DNA of 63,546 nucleotides, filler included, from Neolecta irregularis DAH-3 (Eukaryota), in the NCBI GenBank assembly GCA_001929475.1. It is 10 parts of 10 records of this genome, joined end to end, with 100 filler letters (N's around TTAATTAATTAA, not from the genome) between each part and the next. Parts side by side here need not be neighbours in the genome. Positions count along the whole stretch, not along the records: positions 38,691 to 43,837 come from LXFE01000993.1; positions 43,938 to 60,579 come from LXFE01000995.1; 8 more parts are not named here. One strand, written 5' to 3'. This document shows positions 38,591 through 50,262 of the stretch, in pieces (within the stretch, counting starts at the first letter, position 1; each line of letters begins with the position of its first letter). The notes beneath the pieces are model-generated. The model made no database searches. It was not told the DNA's origin and saw nothing but the letters and a program-made list of their open reading frames with translations. The position numbers and the translations under genes are program-made.

Positions 38591-38718
38591 NNNNNNNNNN
38601 NNNNNNNNNNNNNNNNNNNNNNNNNNNNNNNNNNTTAATTAATTAANNNNNNNNNNNNNNNNNNNNNNNNNNNNNNNNNNNNNNNNNNNNCCCACCCCCG
38701 CCCCCCCGCTGACCCCAG

Positions 38719-39064
38719 CGACGGCGAGGGCTTTCTGATCGTCTACTCAATCTCCTCCAGAAGCACCTTTGACCGCGTCCGCAAGTTCAAAGACCAGATC
38801 AGCCGCGTCAAAGATACCTTTGAAGTCCCCGTCATGCTCGTCGGAAACAAGGCAGACAAGCAGGTCGAGCGCGAAGTCTCCCAGCAGGAAGGCGCTGCCC
38901 TCGCCAAAGATCTCGGCTGCGACTTTATAGAAAGCTCCGCAAAGACCTGCTACAACGTCGAAAAGGCCTTTTACGACGTCGTCAGAACTATCAGGTGCCG
39001 CCGCCAGGGCTTGATGAACACCGCTCGCCGGAGAGACCGCAAAAAAAAATGCGCCATAATGTGA
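38719..39064 (+). CDS. Ras GTPase, filamentous-fungal Ras2/RasB type, last exon (5' part in gap)
   Basis: DGEGFLIVYSISSRS, MLVGNKAD, EREVS..EG.ALA..LGC.F.E.SAK...NVEKAFYDVVR, and polybasic tail plus CAAX (CAIM). Confidence 0.88.
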
Positions 39065-39099
39065 TACCATCCCTATCCTTTCTATTTATTAGTCTCTAT

Positions 39100-39476
39100 C
39101 CAACTGTCTCTTTAGTATTCTTTCTTGCTCGTTCTCGGGTATTTTGTATATACTGCTACACTTGTTTCAAGCCAGCAGTATCTGCTGGAGTGTTTTTAAT
39201 ATCAAAATGTTTCCGGTCGAGGGACTCTCCGTCTTTATTGCTCGTTTGAGGGACTCCAACTGTCTTTATTGCTCGTTTGAGGGACCCAACTGTCTCTAGT
39301 CTTGCTTGCTCGTTCTCGGATATTTTACACTTGTTAGCCAGCAGTATCTGCTGGTGTTCTTAATCAAAATGTTTCCGGTTGAGGGACCCAACTGTCTCTA
39401 GTCTTGCTTGCTCGTTCTCGGATATTTTACAATTGTTAGCCAGCAGTATCTGCTGGTGTTCTTAATCAAAATGTTT
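39100..39476. repeat. ~102-bp tandem repeat (3 long and 2 short units) with internal hairpin
   Basis: Long units start CCAACTGTCTCT at 39100, 39286 and 39388; each contains CCAGCAG-TAT-CTGCTGG. Confidence 0.9.
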
Positions 39477-39586
39477 GACAGGTAACAGTTAGCGTTCCTC
39501 TAGCCCTAACCCCTTTATCATCCCCGACTCACTGCCTCTTTGCTCCACATGGACACAGAGTTTACCCTCACGGCGCGTCTCTTTGC

Positions 39587-41610
39587 ATGAGCAAACGCCT
39601 CCACATGGACACAGAGTTTACCCCGACCCTCCATGAGAAACTCGTCGGCGAGATCCACCGCCTGAGCGCCCTCTTGGCCTGCAGAAACACAGAAATTGAG
39701 CAGCTCAATGTCGATCTCGGTATGCCTCTAATATACAACTCCAACCATATAGAATCACACGCAGGAGCACTCGAGCTGCAGTCCTTGACCGCAAGAAAAT
39801 TAAGACTGGCTCAGTCAGAGATCCAAGCCTTCAAGTCCCAACACACAGACTCGCTCGCTAATTTATCCTCCGCCCTCGAATCCCTTCAATCCCAAAACAA
39901 CGAACTGCGCCGCCAAGTAGAAAAGGGGAAAAAGGACCTCGCTCACTCGGAAACCACAAAAAGTGATTTGTCAATGTGGCTCGACCAGGAGCGAGAAGCT
40001 GCTGCAATCGAAAAAACATCGCTCCTCAGGAAACTGCACGCTGCAAACGCAAAAATAGATCTTGTTCAAAAGGAATTCCAGCAGTTTCTTGTGCAAAAGG
40101 CGAAAGACGATGACACAGACATTACAGTGTCTGAGCTTGCCGAGCCTCACGAGTCATTTGACGAGCCATACCATCGTCACTCTTCTCCTCACTCTCCTCA
40201 CTCTCCTCACTCTCCTCACTCTCCTCACTCTCCTCACTCTCCTCACGCTTCTCACTCTTCTCCTCAACCCGAGTTGATAGGAATTAGTCTAGCAGATGAA
40301 CTTTTCGATGCAGAACCCGCTGCGCCGCCAGTTACTAACGTTTGTATTCAGACAGACTTGGCAATTCCAAATATCACACCCCAGCGTATCGAATCTTGCA
40401 CGCAGACTATTTCTCGGACAATGCTGACCAGGAAAGTGGGTCCAGACGCTGTTCGTTCTCGCTCGATGCAAACCCAAACTAGTCACCCCCGACACCCTAG
40501 TTTAAGCAGTATCGGTAAACGGCTCACTTACTTTGTCCCACAACGAAGCACAACTTCGCTAGCAAGCAGCAGCTCTGATTCGGACAAGGAAAAATCAAGC
40601 ATCATCTCGGAAGCAGAAACATTTTGTATACCCAAACAACGGCCAACTCGACTACTCATTACACCCCACAAGCCCTCAAAAAAGACCGCAAGAACGCCTA
40701 CATCTGGAAGAACATTTGCAATCAGCACGGATGTAGCAAGAACTCCACCGCCCTTGCCTATCCCCGAACGATCGTCATCAATAGGTCAACGACAGACAAA
40801 ATTCCCTTTTCCACTATCGATTCCACGACCGAAACCGTCAACACTACGAACCTCGAAATCAGTCGGTTCACTAAACCTCGTAGCAGCAGCTCTAGCAAAG
40901 TTCCCGTTAAGCGCAGCATCGCCTGGTTTTGATCGATCGGATATTTCCAGAAATAGCAGTTTTCAAAGCACCGTTCTTCGCTCAAGTTCGCAATCGACAC
41001 CGCCCGAGCAAGTCGAGAGTACTGTCGTGGAAGCAGTGGCCCAATGTACCGTAGGCGAATACCTCATAAAACACAAACAACGAAAGAAATGGAATACACC
41101 CGCGAAATCAGTAGTAAGCGACACCAATACAAGATGGATCTGCATATCGCCATACGACCGTTCAATTTTCTGGTCCACTAAACGGCCAACAGGAAACGTG
41201 AAATACAAAGGAATGAAAAAAAGTACTGCCCGTCTTGATATTTCTAATTATCAGTGACGATATCCTCTGTTTTCGATACGACCGAGGGACAGTACACGCA
41301 GGACAATTTCACCCGTTCGATAGTGGTACTAACGCCGTCTCGGGCAATATATCTCACCTGTCCAAATCGCGAGCGTCATTTCATTTGGATGAAAGCCTTG
41401 ATGTTTGTCGCTGGAAACGATCCCCTGAATCCTTCTGGCGTTCCAACTGTTCCACGGTACCAGGCTCGCAACAAACTCAGTCTTGGTAATTTGACTAGTA
41501 CGCCTGAACAAATCACGCCCGGGGGAATGATACGAATGGAAGCCTTTGTCGTAAAATCAACCCTCCCAAACGACGAAAATGAAACAGCAGCGCTTTTCAA
41601 AGGGTTTTAA
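39587..41610 (+). CDS. Num1/Mcp5/ApsA-like cortical dynein anchor (coiled coil plus PH domain)
   Basis: N-terminal coiled coil; C-terminal AVAQCTVGEYLIK...RWICISPYDRSIFWS and SIVVLTPSRAIYLTCPNRERHFIWMKAL. Intron 41223-41254. Confidence 0.75.
40178..40263 (+). repeat. (CACTCTCCT)n coding repeat encoding (HSP)n
   Basis: 9-bp tandem repeat in frame in the Num1-like ORF. Confidence 0.9.
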
Positions 41611-41735
41611 AATTCAAGGGATTTCCTTGATCGATCGGTTGTTTATGTATTATTAAATTAAACCGGCATAATTAACTTGAATTATTTTCAGTGACTCGCA
41701 CTCCACCACACACCGCCAAAACCAGACGTGTAGAC

Positions 41736-42442
41736 ATGCCGTATGATTCGCACAAGTAGGTGCTGATATTAGGAATCTACGAGCCCAGAAGCGCCTTGCA
41801 TCCGCTGTCCTCGGTATTATTTCACGATTTCGGTATTGATTGGTAGGCTGTGGAAAGCGAAAGATCTGGTTAGATCCCAATGAGAACACTGAAATTGGAA
41901 ATGCAAACTCTCGCAAGTGTCTATTGCGATACTTTTTAACGCTAGGACAAAATATACGAAAATTGGCTCAAGACGGGTTAATCATTAGAAAACCCCAAGT
42001 CATGCACTCTCGATACCGCGTTTTACAACGAGCAGCAGCAAAGAGAAAAGGCCGACATACCGGCACCGGTCTGCGAAAGGGTACTCGAGACGCGCGAATG
42101 CCGGTACGACTTTTCTTGCTCCCACTGACAATGCAGCAAAAGACTCTATGGCTTCGCCGTCTCCGAGTTCTGCGAAGACTGTTGAAGAAATACAGGGATT
42201 CCGGGAAAATCGACAAACATCTCTACCACAACATCTACGTCTCGTGCAAAGGTAATACTTTTAAACATAAGCGAGCGGTCATCGAGCATATTCACAAGGC
42301 CAAAGCTGATCAAAACCGACTCAAACTTCTTAGCGAACAACAGGAAGCTCGAAGGGTCAAGACTAAAGCCGCCCGAGACCGTCGCGCCCACAGAATCGCT
42401 GAAAAGAGACAACTTCTCATTGAAGGCGAGGAGGAGACCTAA
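41736..42442 (+). CDS. RPL19: 60S ribosomal protein L19 (eL19), 5 exons
   Basis: [28 protein letters not shown]...[17 protein letters not shown]; introns 41741-41772, 41814-41846, 41913-41945 (GC-AG) and 42104-42136. Confidence 0.97.
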
Positions 42443-42579
42443 CTTTCGTTTTTTATAAGTCTTGTCTGTCTTCATATTCCACATTGACGTGCCTGAACTA
42501 ATAAATTGGTATCTAGACAATGCATATTTAAACAAACATGTCCAATGAACAATACATATGTCTACAGCAAAGCTTGAAA

Positions 42580-43582
<1,003 letters not shown>

Positions 43583-43937
43583 TGTTGCGGGGTGGGTCAG
43601 AAAGAGTGGAGAACCCCTCGAAACCTCATCGTCACCACTGGCAATTTATTGCAGTTAATGCGTCAGAAATGTAGTTTAAAAGAAAATGTTTGAATTCCTT
43701 TCATGCTTTTTACTCTCTGTATGGCCTGATTGACGATTGATAGCGACCAATTCTGAGCAAAAGTATAAAGTAAATGCATTACCCGGGATTCTCACGTGGT
43801 CACCCACCGCAATACTAACCAGGCTCTTCCGGGCTTANNNNNNNNNNNNNNNNNNNNNNNNNNNNNNNNNNNNNNNNNNNNTTAATTAATTAANNNNNNN
43901 NNNNNNNNNNNNNNNNNNNNNNNNNNNNNNNNNNNNN

Positions 43938-44098
43938 CCGCCCGCCCTCTCTCCCGCCTCGCCCGTCTCGCCAGACTCCACCTCTCCCGCCCGACTCGCC
44001 CGCTCTCCCGGCTCTCTCCAGCCCTTCTCCCGCCTCGTCCGCCTCTCCCGACTCGCCCTCCCGCCCGACTCGCCCGCCTCTCCCGCCATCTCCCGTCT
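43938..44098. repeat. C-rich low-complexity repeat (CTCTCCCG/CGCCCG-like)
   Basis: Degenerate CCCGCC/CTCTCCC units abutting a gap. Confidence 0.7.
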
Positions 44099-44420
44099 CA
44101 AAGAAATATGTGCAAAATTACGGATAAATACAAATTAGTACGAAATGAATCGATATATGCACTAGATCACAACTAATACCCAGCAGTACGACATGAGAGA
44201 CAACTAATAATATTCACCAAGATCACGGGTAATCTCAACTTTTATTGCACTGGTGATATAGTACGTCATATCAAGACAGGGTCTTGAATTTAAAATTCGT
44301 AAAACATGTAGTTGGGGCAAGGACAGTATATCGGTATACTAGACATTTTGTCTCTAATATGCAATGATCGTGGTATGACAATGTGCAATTTTATTTCGTA
44401 ACCCACAAATATATCTATGT

Positions 44421-45579
44421 TTATCGCGATGCGACTTGGAAGACACGGATGACTTTACAGATCAGCAAAATATTTAAAAGAAATTTACCATTATCGGTAT
44501 ATCCACCAAAAAGGGTACTTCCATCGGCACTCCAGGCCAGACTCAGGCAATGGTGATTAGTGCCTGAGCCCGGCCTGAATTCGGGTTTCAGTTCTTCAAC
44601 GACGCTTTTGTTTTCTAAATCCCAGACGACAATGCCCGAGGTGGTGGCAGCACAAAGCCAGTATCTGGTAGGGGAAAAGCAGAGGGCGTGAATTTCATTA
44701 CCGGCATCGAGGGAGTAAAGGTCCTTTGAATCGTTGAGATCCCAGAGCATAGTGGTACCGTCTTTTCCTCCCGAGGCACACAACGAGCCGTCTGGAGAAA
44801 CAGTAACAGTATTGATGTAACCAGTGTGACCGTAGTGATTGGTGCGGAGTTTGCATTTAGTAAGTTCCCAGACCTTGAGATTTAGTATAATTCAGATAAA
44901 CATGAAGATTTTCGAGAGATCATCAGTAAATGGTGTTTGTTGTCTCATAGCCGCAGCATCTGAAGTAGCAAATATATATTTTCAACATCCTCTGATCAAG
45001 GCAAGTAAAAGATACGCACCTTGACAACGCGATCCCATCCGGCAGATACAATTGAGGGGTGAGCTGGATTAGGTGAAAATCGAACAGACGAGACCCATTC
45101 AGAGTGGCCTTCTTCCTGGATGGTGAATTTACAGTCTCCGAGAGTGTTCCAAAGTTTGATGGTCTTGTCACGAGATCCCGAGACGATTTGACGATTATCG
45201 GAAGAAAATGAAACGCTGAGCACATCGCCGGTATGTCCTACAAACCGTCTGGTGGTGAGACCGGTATTCAAGTCCCAGAGTCGCAGAGTTTTGTCCCAAG
45301 AGGCCGACAAGGCATACTGTCCATCTGAGGAAATCACGACATCCTGAACAAAGTGGTTATGCCCTAATGGGTCAATATTCCTCGCATCTGGTCACACATG
45401 CCGGTGAGGGTCTTTTTGGGGTATCCGAATGAAGCTTCATCTCGAGTCAAGTGCCACACACAGACAGTTTTATCTCTGGAAGCAGACAGAAGGAGATCTG
45501 GGTTTTCCGAAGAGGTTGCAATGGCGGTAACCCAGCCGGAATGGCCTTCGAGGGTTCCACGAAGAATAAGGGAGTCCAT
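44421..45579 (-). CDS. cpc2: RACK1 / Asc1 / Cpc2 (40S WD40 protein), 4 exons
   Basis: [34 protein letters not shown] and CASGGKDG; introns 45364-45401 (GC-AG), 44874-45019 (146 nt) and one 36-nt intron. Confidence 0.97.
44918..44997 (-). ncRNA. Box C/D snoRNA, U24/snR24-like, intronic in RACK1
   Basis: Terminal stem GATCA/TGATC, box C AGGATGT, guide ATATTTGCTACT then D' CAGA, C' ATGAGA, D CTGA. The yeast ASC1 intron hosts snR24 with the same D' guide. Confidence 0.88.
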
Positions 45580-46079
45580 GACTGATATCGACTGGAGGTT
45601 GGCAAGTCGCTGGATTTCAGGTGGTGAGGTTGGCTGTGACTCGTGAGTTGGATTTGCGGCATTTGAGATGAATTAGCGGCACTACCCTCGGACCTCACTG
45701 CCGAGCTTTGGCAAGACCAGAGTCGTGAAGACGGAGGTGTTTTTTTCTCTGTATTAACGAGATTGCCAGAATACTGTTCAGAGGTGATTCCATGGAATTC
45801 GGCAGAGCGAATTGTTGTTAGTGGGTCTGCAGCAGGTTCATTTAGCATGTAGGAATGAGAAACGAAACGGAGACTACGTGCCAGGGAGGCAGTTCAGGGG
45901 CAGGGCAAAAGGAGTTGCAAACATGGCACTGCGGCTGATTGAAAACCATGACACTGCGGGTTCTAAGAGACATATAAACAAAATGCTATGCGAAAGAAAC
46001 CAGCCCAGCCTTCCATCCCGATGCTGACTCTGACGCCTTCTATCCCGATGCTGACTGCGACGAGCCGTGGACGAGGAGG

Positions 46080-46556
46080 CTACTGGAAGCGTCCCCGCTT
46101 GTGGGCGCCTGCGTAGCCGCGGTCCTGGAGGCGTCGCTTTGGCGTGTTTGTGTTGTTCTTGATGTACTCGAAGAGCAGCTCGCCGACGTCTGGCCGCAAG
46201 TCGTCGGAGCGCGCGGCAGGCGGGGCTGCTGAGCGTAGCGGGGCGGTGAAGGTGAACGCGGCGGGCGGCGGCAGCGGCGGCTTTTCGGCGGCAGCCATGT
46301 GCTCATCGGTGCTTTCGGCGGAGCCCTCGCGCTTGCACTGGACGATCCACGCTCTGAGCTCCGCGGGCGCAACGCCGCTGTCGAGGCGGACGAGCATGTC
46401 GGCCAGCGCCTCCGCGTACCCGTCCTCGCGCGCGCGGCTGTGGTCGGCGGCGGCGGTCTTGTATGCAAGAAACAGCTGCGTGACGTTGCACGCGGCCTGC
46501 TTGAAGATGGCGACGTTGGGGTCTTCGGGCGTGTCTTTGCGGGTGCGGGGATCCAT
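46080..46556 (-). CDS. Conserved fungal protein, HAPSTR1 (C16orf72)-like
   Basis: FKQAACNVTQLF...EDGYAEALADML..LD helical core, FTFTAP and C-terminal HKRGRF NLS-like end; strongly GC3-biased. An alternative start at 46670 would add a PD-repeat. Confidence 0.6.
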   Translation of the reverse strand: MDPRTRKDTPEDPNVAIFKQAACNVTQLFLAYKTAAADHSRAREDGYAEALADMLVRLDSGVAPAELRAWIVQCKREGSAESTDEHMAAAEKPPLPPPAAFTFTAPLRSAAPPAARSDDLRPDVGELLFEYIKNNTNTPKRRLQDRGYAGAHKRGRFQ

Positions 46557-46580
46557 CTGGCGGTGGGGAGCGGCGGCGGC

Positions 46581-46637
46581 GGGGTCGGGATCAGGGTCGG
46601 GGTCGGGATCAGGGTCGGGGTCAGGGTCGGGATCAGG
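46581..46637. repeat. G-rich hexamer repeat (TCAGGG/TCGGGG/TCGGGA)n
   Basis: About nine degenerate hexamers between the divergent ATGs at 46556 and 46669. Confidence 0.9.
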
Positions 46638-46668
46638 CCAATCCACGGCCCACGGCTCCACCACACCC

Positions 46669-49600
46669 ATGCCCCACGCAGCGCAGAATCCCCAGGATCC
46701 CGCCTCAGACTGCTCCCGCGGCTCGGTACGCGTCGCTGACCCATCATCCGCTAACCGCCCAGCATTCGCCAGACTGGCAGCTCCCCGCGCCCGGCAGGCG
46801 CCGCTCAGACATCAACAAGGAGCAGCGCAGGGCGTTCGGCGAGAACAACTCCAGGCTCAATGCCGCAAAGGTGCCTCCGCCCCTCCCGCCAGCCAGCCAG
46901 TCTCACAGCGCCAGGACCAGGACTCAAAGAAGCGGCTCGCCTTTCTCCTCGGCCAGTCAGGTGCGGCATGCTGCCTGCCCCTGCCGCTGATACCCAGAAA
47001 TATTCCGCCATTTCATTGCCGAAGCCGACTACAACGAAATCATGCAGCAGCGCGCAAAGAATGGCTGCAAGGCAAAGACAAACGATACCCGCCACGGCCG
47101 GAAAACAGAACAAGAAGAGGATGCAGAACTGCTCCAAGACGAGCAGGCCGAACCAGAAGGCAACTATGTCTTCCAGGGCTCGCCTTCATGTGTCTAAACA
47201 CTGCGGCAATACACTAACCGCGCTAGTTGTCAAGGGCGGCCTTATGCGAGACTACCAGGTCCAGGGACTGAACTGGCTCGTCGCCCTCTATGAGAACGGC
47301 TTGAACGGTATCTTGGCAGACGAAATGGGTCTGGGCAAGACCTTGCAGACCATCAGTTTCTTGGGATATCTCAAGTTTGTCCGAAACATTGAAGGCCCGC
47401 ACCTCATCGTCGTGCCAAAATCGACTCTCGACAACTGGAAAAGGGAATTCGAAAAATGGGTCCCTGGATTCAATACGTTGGTTTTACAGGGCGCAAAGGA
47501 CGACAGGGTATCAATCAATCCTCGTGCCATGCCGCTAAGCCCGCTCAGCACATTCTTATCAACGATAAGCTTTTGCAAAATGACTTTGACGTTTGTATTA
47601 CTAGCTATGAAATGGTACGGCTCCGTGACTCGCGTCTTTACTAAACAGCTAGGTACTCCGAGAAAAGTCGCACCTGCGAAAGTTTGCTTGGCAGTACATC
47701 ATCATTGATGAGGTTGCACAAATTCAGCCTAGTCCTAACTAGTAGGCACATCGCATCAAGAATGAAGACTCGATGCTATCCCAAGTCGTTCGTATCTTCA
47801 ACAGCCGGAATCGTCTTCTAATTACGGGAACTCCTCTTCAAAATAACTTGCATGAACTTTGGGCCCTTCTCAATTTCTTACTACCGGACGTTTTTGGCGA
47901 CTCGAGCGCGTTCGATTCTTGGTTTGAGAAACAAGGAGAAGACTCGGATATCGTTGTCAAGCAATTACACAAAGTACACCTAAATTATTACCCGCTGCCA
48001 GCTAATGTTTAGGTCTTGCGACCATTCTTACTTCGAAGAATCAAAGCCGACGTTGAAAAATCTCTGTTGCCTAAAAAAGAAATTAATCTCTATGTCGGCA
48101 TGACTGATATGCAAGTCAAATGGTATCGAAAAATTCTTGAAAAAGATATTGATGCAGTCAATGGTGCCAATGGAAAGAAAGAGGGCAAGACTCGACTGCT
48201 TAATATTGTTATGCAGCTGCGAAAGTGCTGTAACCATCCATATCTTTTCGATGGCGCAGAACCTGGTCCTCCATACACTACCGACGAACATCTTGTTGAC
48301 AACGCTGCGAAAATGGTCGTTCTTGATAAATTACTGAGACGGATGAAAGCTCAAGGTTCACGAATCTTGATCTTTAGTCAGATGAGTCGAGTTTTAGATA
48401 TTCTCGAAGACTTCTGCATATTTAGAGGTCATAATTATTGTAGAATTGACGGTAACACTGCACATGAAGATCGTATTCTTGCAATTGATGATTACAACAA
48501 GGAAGGAAGCGAGAAATTCATTTTCCTCTTAACGACTCGCGCTGGTGGTCTTGGTATCAACTTGACGACAGCCGACATCGTTGTTCTCTACGATAGTGAC
48601 TGGAACCCGCAAGCAGACTTGCAAGCAATGGACAGAGCTCATCGCATTGGACAAAAGAAACAAGTTATCGTTTTCCGCTTTGTTACAGACAAGGCTATAG
48701 AAGAGAAGGTTCTAGAGCGAGCGGCTCAAAAACTACGTCTTGATCAATTGGTCATTCAACAAGGACGGGCCCAGGCCGGTGCCGCTAATAAAGCTGCCTC
48801 AAAAGACGATCTTTTAAATATGATCCAGCATGGTGCGGAAGATGTCTTCAAGAGTGTTGAAGGAACCATGACTGATGATGATATTGACGCGATCTTGCGA
48901 CGAGGAGAAGAACGAACTGCCGCATTGAATAAACGATACGAAGGTGTGGGAATTGAAGATTTACAAAAATTCGCTTCTGATTCAGCGTATGAATGGAATG
49001 GCGAAGATTTCCAAAAGAAAAAAATCGAGATTGGACAGACGTGGATTAATCCTGCGAAAAGAGAACGAACTCAAAATTACTCAATTGACGGTTATTACAA
49101 GGATGTCTTGAAGACTGGTGGAAGAACGCAAGCTCCTCCAAAAGCTCCCAAGCCTAAGCAGGTGAATGTCCAAGATCATCAATTCTACCCTCGAGAATTG
49201 CTGGAACTCCAGGATAAAGAAACAGCTTGGTATCGCAAGGAGCAAGGCTACAAAGTTCCTTTAACGGAAGGCGATGAGATGGACCTCGAAGTACGAGAAC
49301 AAGACCGTGAATTAGAACAACATGAAATCGACAATGCTCAACCTCTGACACAAGAAGAAATCGCTCGAAAAGAAAAATTCTCGACTCAGGGATTCAGTAA
49401 TTGGAATAGACGAGATTTCCAGCATTTCATCGCTGCGAATGTCAAGCACGGTCGAGCTGATCTCGAGATGATCGCTGCAGAATGCGAGGGAAAGACATAT
49501 GAAGAAATTCGACAGTACTCTACTGTATTTTGGAAGAAATACAAAGAAATAGATGGTAAATTTCTTCTTGATTAATATTTTTGCTGAGTTCAGGTTGGGA

Positions 49601-50184
49601 ACGACATATCACTCAAATCGAAGCAGGCGAAGAGAAAATGCGTAAAGCTGAACGACAAACAAAACTACTTCGAAGAAAATTGGAAGGTTATCGTGCACCT
49701 CTGCAGCAACTGAGACTTCCTTACAGTCAAAACAAGGGGAAAGTCTACTCGGAAGAAGAAGATCGATTTCTTCTCGTCATGCTCGACAAGTATGGTTTAT
49801 CTAACGAAGACGTATATGACCGGCTCCGCGAGGAAATTCGAGAAAGTCCCCTGTTTCGATTCGATTGGTTTTTCAAGTCTCGCACTACAGATGAAATCAA
49901 ACGCCGATGCCAGACTTTATTAACGATTATCACCAAAGAACTAGGAGGAGGTGATGATCGAAAACGAGGCGCGGATGACTATGATAGTGAAGATGAGGAG
50001 CCGAGTAAAAAACTCAAGAATGGCGCCAAAGTATGTTTTCGCCGTGGATAGCATGGTTGACTTGAAGAATAAATTTACCTCAAAAATCAAGGGTAGTGGA
50101 CAGACCAGTCGAGCTAGTAGCGTTGTTAGCACTGCATCTACGCGTGGAAAAGCAAGAAATAGATCGCAAAGACGGACTAGGTAG
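46669..50184 (+). CDS. ISW2: ISWI chromatin-remodelling ATPase
   Basis: [47 protein letters not shown] and HAND-SANT-SLIDE ([21 protein letters not shown]); about 10 short introns. Confidence 0.93.
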
Positions 50185-50262
50185 CTTTCTTAAAAATGGA
50201 TATTGTATATAGGAATAGAAAATTTCTGTTATTTGGTAGACTTTTTGCCCTTCAAACTTCTA

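Noticed and set aside
39100-39476. Repeat array with palindromic core resembling CRISPR
   Set aside because: The units are whole tandem duplicates with no unique spacers, there are no cas genes, and the context is eukaryotic.
46144-47217. Long overlapping ORFs (357 aa +, 235 aa -, and similar ORFs over GPI2 at 59604-60539)
   Set aside because: These are shadow ORFs caused by stop-codon scarcity in GC-rich islands. Real exons are explained by the ISWI, HAPSTR1-like and GPI2 genes.
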